From Phycisphaerales bacterium (lineage in GTDB: Bacteria; Planctomycetota; Phycisphaerae; Phycisphaerales; SM1A02), in assembly GCA_046350455.1 (NCBI GenBank), contig JAXMAM010000001.1:57130-121129 (forward strand): 64,000 bases of DNA. The letters are read 5' to 3'. A model generated the notes under the pieces. The model was not told the DNA's origin and did no database searches. It worked only from the letters and a program-made list of their open reading frames with translations. Position numbers and translations under genes: made by a program. Position 1 is the first letter of the stretch. Each line of letters begins with the position of its first letter. Shown here one piece after another: positions 48,607-56,749 of the stretch.

Positions 48607-51512
48607 ACAGCGTCACCCGTGAAATGTTCGACGCCGTGCGCGATGCACTGGCGGGCCGCGAGATGGACGAAGCCCAGCGCCGCGACCTGGCGCAGCGCGT
48701 GAGCGAGGCCGGCATGGCGTTCCGCCGCCGCGTGGATCGCGCCGTGCGCTATACGCGCGATGGTCTGCGCTTGGAGGCCGCTGCGGAGGCGGAGGCAGAT
48801 CCCTCCATCTTTGAGGTGGCGCAGGCGCTGGACAGCCCCGACCTGCACAAGTGGCGCGCAGCGTGCCAGCGTGCGCACCTGCCAGCGCCGGACGCCCCGG
48901 ATCCAGCCGCGCTCGGCGAGATCGAGGAGGCCATCGCCCAGCTGCGTCCGCTGCGCAAGTACATGGCCCGCATGCGCACGCTGGTGCTGAGCGACGCGCC
49001 GCCGTGGGACCGCCTTCTGGTGCTGCGCAGCCTGCGTGCGCACGACCCGCACAACCACGCATGGAAGGAGGACCAGGCTGCGCTGGAGCCAAAGGCCGCA
49101 GAGTGGCTGGCGGAGCGCTGCGAGAAGGCAGTGCAGGCAGGGCACCTGAACACCGCTGCGCGCATGCTGGAGCATCTGGAGGATGGCGGCTGGCGCTCGC
49201 TGGACGTCAGCCGCCCTGTTGGCCAGCTGCGCACTGCGCTGCACGCCGCCGTGGTGGCGGAGTGCGTGCGCAAGGCGGCCCCCGTGGTGGAGCGGCTGGA
49301 GGCGGAGTGGGCCGCGGAGGACGCGCCTGCCGTGCGCGCCACGCTGGCTGAATGGCATGAGCTGAACGCCCGCGCGGTGGAGCACGACGGCCAGATGGAG
49401 GACGCGCTCTTGGCCCGCGTGGCCCGCGTGGAGGAGTGGCTGGACGAACGCACGCAGCTGGCCGAGGCGCAGCGCGACCACCGTGACCGCGCGGCCGCGC
49501 TGCAGCGCATCCTGGACGCGCAGGTGGCGCCGCTGCAGGAGATCCGCGCCGCCCTGAAGGCCAGCGAGGACACCAGCGAGGGCTGCCCAGACGACCTGCG
49601 CCGCCGCACGCTGGACCGCATCGACCAGCTGGAGCGCAAGCAGCGCGCACGGCGCGCCGCCGTGGCGGGTGCTGGTCTGCTGGTGCTGGCTGCAGCGGTG
49701 ACCGGCGTGTGGCTGGGGGTGAAGTACGTCACCCACAACGCAAGCGTGTCCAACATCGCGGCGTCCATCCAGAATGCAGTGGACGCTGGGCGGCTTGAGG
49801 ATGCGGAGCGCATCCTGAAGGAGGCGCAGGCGGACCCGGCTGTGGCCGGCGACGAGCGCATCGGCATCGCTGGCGCAGCGCTGGCCCGGGCGCAGCTGGC
49901 GCGCACGCAGGCGGTGACCAACTTTGCGGCCCTCATGGCGGAGGCCGGAGATCCGGAAAGCGCTGCCGCGCACCCAGAAGCTGTGGAGGAGGCCAAGGAG
50001 CTGGCGCGCACGCCAGAGCAGCAGGCAGCGGTGGAGGAGTGGGTGCGCAAGCGCCGCCGCGCAGAAGCGCAGCGTGCCGCCGAGCGCACGCGCGACCTTT
50101 CGCAGCGCATTGCAGAGCTGGCCAAGGAGGTCAGCGCGGTGGATCCAAGCACCGCCGAGGCGCCCAGCACGCTCACTGCGCTGGAGACCAAGCTGCAGGC
50201 CCTGGAGCGGAGCGCGGCAGACCAGCCGGAACTTCGCCAGCAGCTTGACAACGTGCGTGCGCTGGTAGTGGCGCAGCGGTCCTCTGCGCAGAGCGCTGCG
50301 GCTGGTTCAGAGCGGCAGAGCGCACTTCAGGCGCTGGCCGCGCAGTCCACTGAACCGCTGGCGCTGGCTGGAGCCATCAAGGCCTTTGCTGACCGCTATC
50401 CCGGCACGCCAGAGGCCGTGGCGCTGGCGCAGGCCGCTGTGGCTGCGCCGCAGTGGAACGCCGTGGCGCAGTGGAACGAAGTCGTGGGCACGCGGCCGTG
50501 GGGGCGCGCGGCGCAGCTCTCCAACGAAGAGCGCGACACCATGCGCGACGCGCTCAAGGCGTACGTGGACGCGTATCCGGCGTCGCCCTTTGCGGCTCTG
50601 GCCAGGCAGATGATGGCCATGCTCTCCAACCCGGAGAGCTGGCGCGGCTGGGCCAGCGGCAAGCTGGACACGCTGCCTGCCTTCACCTACTACGTGGTGG
50701 ATCTCATTGATGGCTCGCGGCTGTACACCACCCAGGACCCAGCGCGCATCAACCTGCAGTCGCGGGCCAATCTGCCGCAGTACAAGGTGATTCCAGTGCT
50801 GCAGAAGGATGATCCGGCGGGCGGCACGGTGCTGATGGACGTGGACACCGCGCGCATCAAGAAGGCTGGGCCCTCCCCGCAGATGCTGCTGGCTGGCCAG
50901 CTGCGCCAGGTGGTGGCGGATCCAGAGCCTCAGGGCGACTGGGCCAACGGCATGACCGCTGCGCTGGCCGTGCTGCAGCGCGTGCGCGACGCACAGGACG
51001 TGGACGGCGCCTTTGCCGCACAGCTGGCGCGCGGCGTGCTGGAGTCGCTGGACGCCGAGGCGCCTGCCGAACTCCGCCCCGCGCTGCAGAGCGCGGCCAA
51101 GCGCATCGCGCGCGAGCGCCCAGAGGACGTGGCGTGGGTGGCGGGCTCGCAGCCCGCACGGGCACGCAGCGCCGAGCTGCGCGCGCTGCTCAAGCAGGTG
51201 CTCACGGTGGAGGCGTGGCGCAAGACGCTTGCGGAGGCGCCCGCAGCCGTGGCTGGCGCCATGATGCGGCCAGTGCCGGTGGGCATGCTGATGGGGCTGG
51301 AGAGCCGTGTGCTCACCACGCCGCCGGGCACCAGCGCGCCAGCGGGCGCCTCGCTGCTGGCGCTGAAGGTGGGCGTGGGCACTGTGCCATCGGAGCTGGT
51401 GCGCATCGGCCAGGTGGATGGCGCTGGCGCGGTCACGCTTGATCAGGCGGCAAGCGCCTTCCCCATGGGCACCATGGTCTTTGCCCTCCCTTCCAAGGGG
51501 GCAGGCCAGTGA
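48603..51512 (+). CDS. 996-aa bitopic alpha-helical/coiled-coil protein (about 390-aa cytoplasmic, one TM, about 580-aa periplasmic; TolA-like architecture) (operon gene F)
   Basis: ATGA overlap with gene E stop at 48603-48606. TM RRAAVAGAGLLVLAAAVTGVWLGV around residue 390. Ala/Glu/Arg/Gln-rich heptad-like segments. Strong GC3. Confidence 0.55.
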   Translation: MNSVTREMFDAVRDALAGREMDEAQRRDLAQRVSEAGMAFRRRVDRAVRYTRDGLRLEAAAEAEADPSIFEVAQALDSPDLHKWRAACQRAHLPAPDAPDPAALGEIEEAIAQLRPLRKYMARMRTLVLSDAPPWDRLLVLRSLRAHDPHNHAWKEDQAALEPKAAEWLAERCEKAVQAGHLNTAARMLEHLEDGGWRSLDVSRPVGQLRTALHAAVVAECVRKAAPVVERLEAEWAAEDAPAVRATLAEWHELNARAVEHDGQMEDALLARVARVEEWLDERTQLAEAQRDHRDRAAALQRILDAQVAPLQEIRAALKASEDTSEGCPDDLRRRTLDRIDQLERKQRARRAAVAGAGLLVLAAAVTGVWLGVKYVTHNASVSNIAASIQNAVDAGRLEDAERILKEAQADPAVAGDERIGIAGAALARAQLARTQAVTNFAALMAEAGDPESAAAHPEAVEEAKELARTPEQQAAVEEWVRKRRRAEAQRAAERTRDLSQRIAELAKEVSAVDPSTAEAPSTLTALETKLQALERSAADQPELRQQLDNVRALVVAQRSSAQSAAAGSERQSALQALAAQSTEPLALAGAIKAFADRYPGTPEAVALAQAAVAAPQWNAVAQWNEVVGTRPWGRAAQLSNEERDTMRDALKAYVDAYPASPFAALARQMMAMLSNPESWRGWASGKLDTLPAFTYYVVDLIDGSRLYTTQDPARINLQSRANLPQYKVIPVLQKDDPAGGTVLMDVDTARIKKAGPSPQMLLAGQLRQVVADPEPQGDWANGMTAALAVLQRVRDAQDVDGAFAAQLARGVLESLDAEAPAELRPALQSAAKRIARERPEDVAWVAGSQPARARSAELRALLKQVLTVEAWRKTLAEAPAAVAGAMMRPVPVGMLMGLESRVLTTPPGTSAPAGASLLALKVGVGTVPSELVRIGQVDGAGAVTLDQAASAFPMGTMVFALPSKGAGQ

Positions 51513-52543
51513 GCGAGGGCTGGCATGTCCGGCAGGCAGGCCGCCAGAGCGGGCCGTTTGACCTGGAGCGGCTGCGCACCATGGCGCAGCGTGGCGCGCT
51601 TACGCGGTTCCACCAGCTGAGTCGCGATGGCGAGGAGTGGATCTCTGCTGCCAAGGTGCGGGCCGTCTTCAACGAGGATGGGTCGGTGGCAACCGGCCCC
51701 ACAGACAGCGGGGCATCCTTCAGCAGCACCAGCGCCTTTGAGGCCTTTGCCAACATGCGCATGCCAGAGCTGCCGGCGCTGCCCACAGCGCACTTCCGCG
51801 GCGGGGCGTTTGGCGCCACCGTGCTGTGGGCGCAGATCGCAGCGCTGGCGCTGGGCACGCTGGCCATGGTGGCTCCCACCAGCCGCGATGCTGATGGCGC
51901 GCTGCAGTGGTGGTTCCAGGAGGGGGCGCTGAGCATCTCGGTGCATGCCATGACGCTGCTGGCGTTCCTCACGTGGTGGGTGGTGGCGTTCCTGCCGCCC
52001 AACGCGTCGGTGGGCGCGTCGCTGGCTGCGGTGTCTGCGGTGCTGGCTGCAGGCAGCATGCTGCCGGCTGTGTCCTGGGCGCCGTGGGCGCTGCCAGCTG
52101 CCGCGGTCCTGCCGCTGGCGGCCATGCTGGTTGCCTTCGGCACAGAGGGCTCCAAGGCCGTGGGCGCGGTGGCCATCACGCTGTGCATCGAGGCCGGCCT
52201 GGCCCTGGTGGTGGCGGGCCTCCTGCTGGCATTCAACTTCAGCGGCTGGGGCCTGGCGGCCGTGCTGGTGCAGCTGGCTGGAACCGTGGCGCTGATCATC
52301 GGCGCTGTCCGCACCAAGAGCGGGTTGTCGCACGCGTTTGCGCTCACCGTGGGCGGCGCTGCGGCCATGGCCGTCACCATGTTCCTGGCGAGCGCTGCAG
52401 CCCTGGCTGGTGAACAGCCTGCGCATGGAGCGGCTGGAGCAACGTCCGCTGCGCTGTGCGTGTGCCTCTCCGTGCTAGCGTGGAGCGCGTCGCACCAGGC
52501 GCTGGGCGGTCCGCTGATCATCAAGTCAACCACAGAGTCATGA
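51509..52543 (+). CDS. DUF4339 (GYF-like) N-terminal domain fused to about 6 TM helices (operon gene G)
   Basis: GTGA overlap with gene F stop. WHVRQAGRQSGPFDLERLRTMAQRGALTRFHQLSRDGEEWISAAKV matches the DUF4339 pattern (W...G...GP.....L......G.....T.VW......W). Hydrophobic helices follow. Confidence 0.55.
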   Translation: MSEGWHVRQAGRQSGPFDLERLRTMAQRGALTRFHQLSRDGEEWISAAKVRAVFNEDGSVATGPTDSGASFSSTSAFEAFANMRMPELPALPTAHFRGGAFGATVLWAQIAALALGTLAMVAPTSRDADGALQWWFQEGALSISVHAMTLLAFLTWWVVAFLPPNASVGASLAAVSAVLAAGSMLPAVSWAPWALPAAAVLPLAAMLVAFGTEGSKAVGAVAITLCIEAGLALVVAGLLLAFNFSGWGLAAVLVQLAGTVALIIGAVRTKSGLSHAFALTVGGAAAMAVTMFLASAAALAGEQPAHGAAGATSAALCVCLSVLAWSASHQALGGPLIIKSTTES

Positions 52544-53439
52544 GCGCACAGACACCCACCACCGCAGATCCTTCGTCGCACAAGCAGCGCGCAGAGGCGC
52601 CCAGCAGCCAGCACCGCCTGGACGCCCGCAAGGGCGACCTGGAGTGCATGGTGGGCCTGCCATCTGGGCGGTACACCTCAGCCAGCGCCACGCTGTGGCT
52701 GGCTGGGGCGGCGGCGCTCACGGCGGCGTGCGGCGGGCTGCTGCTCCTGCTGGCGCCGCAGGGCTACGTGCTGCACATGCTCAACCGGTGCTGGACCAAC
52801 TGGGCGGTGGTGCTGCTCACGTGGTGGAGCCTGTGCATCCTGATCAACAAGTGGATCAAGACCAGCATCCAGATGAAGGCAGTGCGCATTGACACGCTGG
52901 TGCCGCGCCGCGGCGACTTTGTGCTGAGCCCCGGCACTGCAGGCGACGTGCTGCGCCACATGCGCGCCATCGCGGAGCGGCCCAAGGACTTCCTGCTGTT
53001 CCGGCGCATTGACATGGCGCTTTCCAACCTGGGCAACATCGGTGAGGTGCGCGACGTGGGCGCTGTGCTGGAGGGCCAGGCAGACTCGGACGCCAGCCAG
53101 GTGGACAGCAGCTACACCGTGCTGCGCGCGGTCATCTGGACCATCCCCATCCTGGGGTTCATCGGCACGGTGATCGGTCTGTCGGACGCCATCGGCAGCT
53201 TTACGGAAGTGCTCACGCAGCCAGGTGCGGACGTGGCGGCCATCAAGACCAAGCTGGGACCGGTGGTCACAGGCCTGGCCACGGCGTTTGAGACCACGCT
53301 GGTGGCGCTGCAGGCAGCGGTCATCGTGCAGCTGATCTCCACGTGGGTGTTCAAGCGCGAGGAGGACATGCTGGACGCCATGAGCGAATACACCACCGAG
53401 CACATCCTGAGCCGGCTGAAGCTGACCGACTGGAAGTGA
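52540..53439 (+). CDS. MotA/TolQ/ExbB-family proton channel subunit (operon gene H)
   Basis: ATGA overlap with gene G stop. Four TM helices. C-terminal signature ILGFIGTVIGL...LGPVVTGLATAFETTLVALQAAVIVQL. Confidence 0.65.
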   Translation: MSAQTPTTADPSSHKQRAEAPSSQHRLDARKGDLECMVGLPSGRYTSASATLWLAGAAALTAACGGLLLLLAPQGYVLHMLNRCWTNWAVVLLTWWSLCILINKWIKTSIQMKAVRIDTLVPRRGDFVLSPGTAGDVLRHMRAIAERPKDFLLFRRIDMALSNLGNIGEVRDVGAVLEGQADSDASQVDSSYTVLRAVIWTIPILGFIGTVIGLSDAIGSFTEVLTQPGADVAAIKTKLGPVVTGLATAFETTLVALQAAVIVQLISTWVFKREEDMLDAMSEYTTEHILSRLKLTDWK

Positions 53440-53457
53440 CGCCGGAGCGCCTGCACC

Positions 53458-54288
53458 ATGGGACGCCGCAAGAAGAAGCAGCAGGAGTCGCTCACGCTGT
53501 TCTCCTTTCAGGACATCATGGCATGCCTGACGGGCGTGCTCATCCTGATCTCGCTGCTGCTTGCACTGGACGGCCTGAGCGACCGCATTGACGACGCTGG
53601 CGCGCCTGGATCCGCCGCAGAGGCCGATGCCGCGCAGCGCGTTGAGCAGCTGGCAGCGGAGATCAAGACGCTGGAGGAGCAGGTGGACGTGCGCATGCGC
53701 GGCCTGCCTGTGACCGAGGACGAGGTGAAGGTGCTGGAGGCGCGCGCAGCCAGCATGCAGCGCGAACTGGATGAGGCCCAGCAGCGCGACCGCACGCTGG
53801 CGGCAGAGGTGGCGCGCCTGGAAGAGGAGGAGAAGGCGCTGATGGTGCGGCGCCAGGCTGCGGAGCGCACCCTGGTGGAGCAGGAGCTCCAGAAGCGGCG
53901 GCAGCGCGTGCAGTACCGCCCCGGCGGGCAGCAGGAGCGGACGCCGCTGTTCGTGGAGGTCTCGGCCAGTGGACTGCGCGTGGGCAAGCTGGACGCAGAG
54001 CGCACGCCAGTGATGCTGGCTGATCTGCCAGGCGCTGCGCCGCTGCCACCCAGGCCTGAAGAGGGGCTGGCCAAGGCGCTGAATCCGCTCGGGCCGGATG
54101 CGTACTACGTGCTGTTCGTGGTGCACCCGGATGGCATCAAGCGGTTCGAGGCGCTGCGCGCAGCGGTCTTCCGCAATGGCTACGAAGTGGGCTGGCAGCT
54201 GTGGGACGCAGCTGCGGGCGCGTTCCTGCAGCCAGCACCTGTGGTCACGCCCGCTGCGGCACCAGCAGGCGCGGGGGGTGGCTCATGA
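53458..54288 (+). CDS. TolR/ExbD/MotB-like subunit 1 with conserved TM Asp, long coiled coil and ExbD-like periplasmic domain (operon gene I)
   Basis: MGRRKKKQQESLTLFSFQDIMACLTGVLILISLLL (compare MotB YADFMTLLMAFFLLL). Coiled coil. ...YYVLFVVHPDGIKRFEALRAAVFRNGYEVGWQL. Confidence 0.55.
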   Translation: MGRRKKKQQESLTLFSFQDIMACLTGVLILISLLLALDGLSDRIDDAGAPGSAAEADAAQRVEQLAAEIKTLEEQVDVRMRGLPVTEDEVKVLEARAASMQRELDEAQQRDRTLAAEVARLEEEEKALMVRRQAAERTLVEQELQKRRQRVQYRPGGQQERTPLFVEVSASGLRVGKLDAERTPVMLADLPGAAPLPPRPEEGLAKALNPLGPDAYYVLFVVHPDGIKRFEALRAAVFRNGYEVGWQLWDAAAGAFLQPAPVVTPAAAPAGAGGGS

Positions 54289-55091
54289 ACCGCGGGCCGT
54301 TCAGGCGCCGGCGGCGGCGGCGAGCTGGGTCGCTGGCGGGCGACCCGTTCATCCTCTTCCTGGATGCCATCACCGATGCGCTGGGCGTGGTGATGTTCCT
54401 GCTGTTGATGGTGGTGCTGGCAGCACGCGCGTCCAACGTGGTGTCCAGGCTGGGCGGTGGCAAGCAGGCAGCGGCGGCAGCATTGCAGGAGGAGCGCGAT
54501 GCGCTGGCTGTGGAGCTGGCAGCGCTGCCGCCTGCGGGGGACCCGGAGGTGGCGGATCGCTGGCGCGCTGCGCAGGCCACGCTGGCCAGCCTGCGGCCGC
54601 AGCTGGACCGCGCTGCGCCTGCCATCCGCATGCGCGTGAATGAGTCGCAGTCCAAGCGAGTGGCGCTGACGTCGCTGGACACCGAGGTGCAGACGCTGGA
54701 GGCGCGCGTGAAGGCGCAGGCTGCCACGGCCAGCGTGACGCCTTCGCTGGTGCGCGTCAGCCGGTTCAAGAGCGACGCGCGCAAGCCCGTGCTCCTGGGG
54801 CTCAACCAGGGTGCGCTGTCTGCGCTCAAGGTGTCGCACGACACCAAGAGCATTGCGCCACCTGCCAGCGGCACGGCGGTGCCCACAGCCGCGGCAGCGC
54901 GCGCTGCGCTGGAGACGCTGCTGTCTGGCCAGCCGCGCGACACGTATCGAGTGGAGCTGGTGGTGTGGGCCAATTCCTTCGCGCAGGCCAAGCTGGTGGA
55001 GGAGGCGCTGGCCGAGATGGGGTACGACGTGAACCCGCTGCCAGTGGTGGACGGAGGCGTGCTGGAGCCCGGTGCTGGCGGCGTGCAGTAG
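54285..55091 (+). CDS. TolR/ExbD-like subunit 2 with conserved TM Asp (operon gene J)
   Basis: ATGA overlap with gene I stop. DPFILFLDAITDALGVVMFLLLMVV (compare ExbD/TolR TPLIDVMLVLLIIF). C-terminus YRVELVVWANSFAQAKLVEEALAEMGYDVNPL. Confidence 0.55.
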   Translation: MNRGPFRRRRRRRAGSLAGDPFILFLDAITDALGVVMFLLLMVVLAARASNVVSRLGGGKQAAAAALQEERDALAVELAALPPAGDPEVADRWRAAQATLASLRPQLDRAAPAIRMRVNESQSKRVALTSLDTEVQTLEARVKAQAATASVTPSLVRVSRFKSDARKPVLLGLNQGALSALKVSHDTKSIAPPASGTAVPTAAAARAALETLLSGQPRDTYRVELVVWANSFAQAKLVEEALAEMGYDVNPLPVVDGGVLEPGAGGVQ

Positions 55092-55139
55092 GAGGGGCGG
55101 GGTGCGGCGGGAGCGCGGCGCGGCGTACCATGGTGGGAC

Positions 55140-56132
55140 ATGCGCCGCGTTGCAGCCAGAGTGTTGGTCCTTGCTGCGGCGGCGTGTCTGCTGAGCGCGA
55201 GCCTGGCGGGGCTGGCTGGGTGCGGCAGGCCCATCACCGTGCAGGCATTGGCAGCGGGGTCGGATGCGCCGGTGGATGATGTGCGCATCTATCGCCACAT
55301 GTTCACGTGGTTCACGCTGTTCCCAGGCAAGAAGAGCGTGGAGACTGGGCCCGATGGCACAGCGGTGGTCACAGTGGGGCCGTCGAACACCAATCTCACC
55401 ATGCTTCGCCAGGGGTACGAGCCAGTGCTTTTGGGCGTGTTCGAGCAGGGCGCGCCCAGCATCCAGCCAGATGACGGTGGATACGACTATGTGCTGCTGT
55501 ACTCCACCATCAAGGACAAGCAGGTAGTGCCTGTGGAGTTCCGGCCTGTGCGGCGCGTGCCGCTGCAGCTGCATGTGGTGGATGCGGACAGCGGGCAGCC
55601 GCTGGCAGGTGCCACAGTGTTTGGGACCACGTATCTGTATCTGCCGCAGCCAGGCGTGGAGGCCGACTGGGGCTATCCGCCCGTGCAGGAAGTGACCACC
55701 AGCGCGCAGGGCCAGGCCGTGGTGGACCAGGTGAGCGGATTCCGCAATCGCGTGACAGTGCGCAAGCCGGGCTACTGCGATGCGGAGCTGGACATTGATG
55801 GCCGCAAGCTGGGCAGCGAGGCCGCGCGCGAGGTGGCGCTGCGGCCCTTCCGTGTGAAGCACGTGGATTTTCAGGTGTTTGACGCGTCCACGCGCATGCC
55901 TGTGGCCGGCGCAGAGGTGGTGCTGGGCGAGCAGCGCGACGGTCTCCCCATGAGCCCAGATGGCTGGAAGGCGGTCACTGGACCGACGGGCCGCACGGGC
56001 GTGCAGGCAGTGCCCAACATGGAGCCGCCGCTGATGACCGTGCGTGCCAAGGGCTACCCGGAATGGCGCGGCGCCCCGCTGTGGCGCGCGCTGCAGGACG
56101 GCGGCACCAAGCGCATCGAAATCCGCAAGTAG
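55140..56132 (+). CDS. lipoprotein with two or three carboxypeptidase-regulatory-like (transthyretin-fold) domains, in the Pal-like position (operon gene K)
   Basis: Lipobox LAGLAGC. TGPDGTAVVTV / DADSGQPLAGATVFG / VFDASTRMPVAGAEVVLG...TGPTGRTGV. The stop TAG is immediately followed by the MITE TIR. Confidence 0.55.
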   Translation: MRRVAARVLVLAAAACLLSASLAGLAGCGRPITVQALAAGSDAPVDDVRIYRHMFTWFTLFPGKKSVETGPDGTAVVTVGPSNTNLTMLRQGYEPVLLGVFEQGAPSIQPDDGGYDYVLLYSTIKDKQVVPVEFRPVRRVPLQLHVVDADSGQPLAGATVFGTTYLYLPQPGVEADWGYPPVQEVTTSAQGQAVVDQVSGFRNRVTVRKPGYCDAELDIDGRKLGSEAAREVALRPFRVKHVDFQVFDASTRMPVAGAEVVLGEQRDGLPMSPDGWKAVTGPTGRTGVQAVPNMEPPLMTVRAKGYPEWRGAPLWRALQDGGTKRIEIRK

Positions 56133-56749
56133 GAAATTGGTGCCTGGCACGGGTGTCCCTACTTTCGGAACCTCGTGCCAGGCACTCCTGTCCCGGGTTT
56201 CTGAGGCGCGCCGTAAGACCGTGCGGTACCGCGCGCTGAACCGCGCGCTGAACCGCGCGACGGACCGCAGGCACCGCGTGCCGCGGCCTCCGCGCGGTCC
56301 GGGGGGCGCGGCCGCGGACGGCTCGGCTCCACCAGGTTCCGCCTTCGCCTCGGCTTCGCGTGCGCTCGGCAGGTGGAACGGCCCGCGAACCGGGGAACCC
56401 ACACATCCTGCCTCGCTCCGCTCAACGCCGCTACGCCGCGCCCCCCGGTCCCGCGCTGCGGCCGCTGCGAGAGCGAGGTGATCAGCCGCTGCGAGAGCGA
56501 GGTGATCAGCCGCTGGGCGCGGAAGCCGGTCGAGAGTGGTGCTTGGCAGCACGTTCCCAGGCGACACGTGCCAGGTCACCATGCTCACTGGCACCTGCGT
56601 CCCAGGCACCTGTGTCCCAGGCACCCTTGACCCTGGCATCACTCTCCCTGGCACCACCCTCTGCGGCACGTATCTCCGAAAGGAGGGACACCCGTGCCAG
56701 GCACGAGTTTCGTCAGAAACCCGGGACACCAGTGCCTGGCACCAATTTC
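56133..56749 (+). mobile_element. MITE-like element, copy 2 (about 617 bp, inverted relative to copy 1, with internal tandem duplications)
   Basis: The same TIRs as copy 1. The internal core is the reverse complement of the copy 1 core. It contains the tandem duplications cgcgctgaaccgcg x2 and gctgcgagagcgaggtgatcagcc x2. The 3' end of asd lies inside the right end. Confidence 0.6.

Noticed and set aside
52540-55091. Zorya anti-phage system, flagellar MotAB stator or canonical TonB-ExbBD for the MotA/ExbB-like cluster
   Set aside because: There is no ZorA-like long C-terminal tail and no ZorC/D. There is no OmpA/peptidoglycan-binding domain on the MotB-like proteins and no flagellar genes. 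There are two ExbD-like genes but no TonB C-terminal domain protein. The surrounding GTPase, GYF and coiled-coil genes fit none of these.
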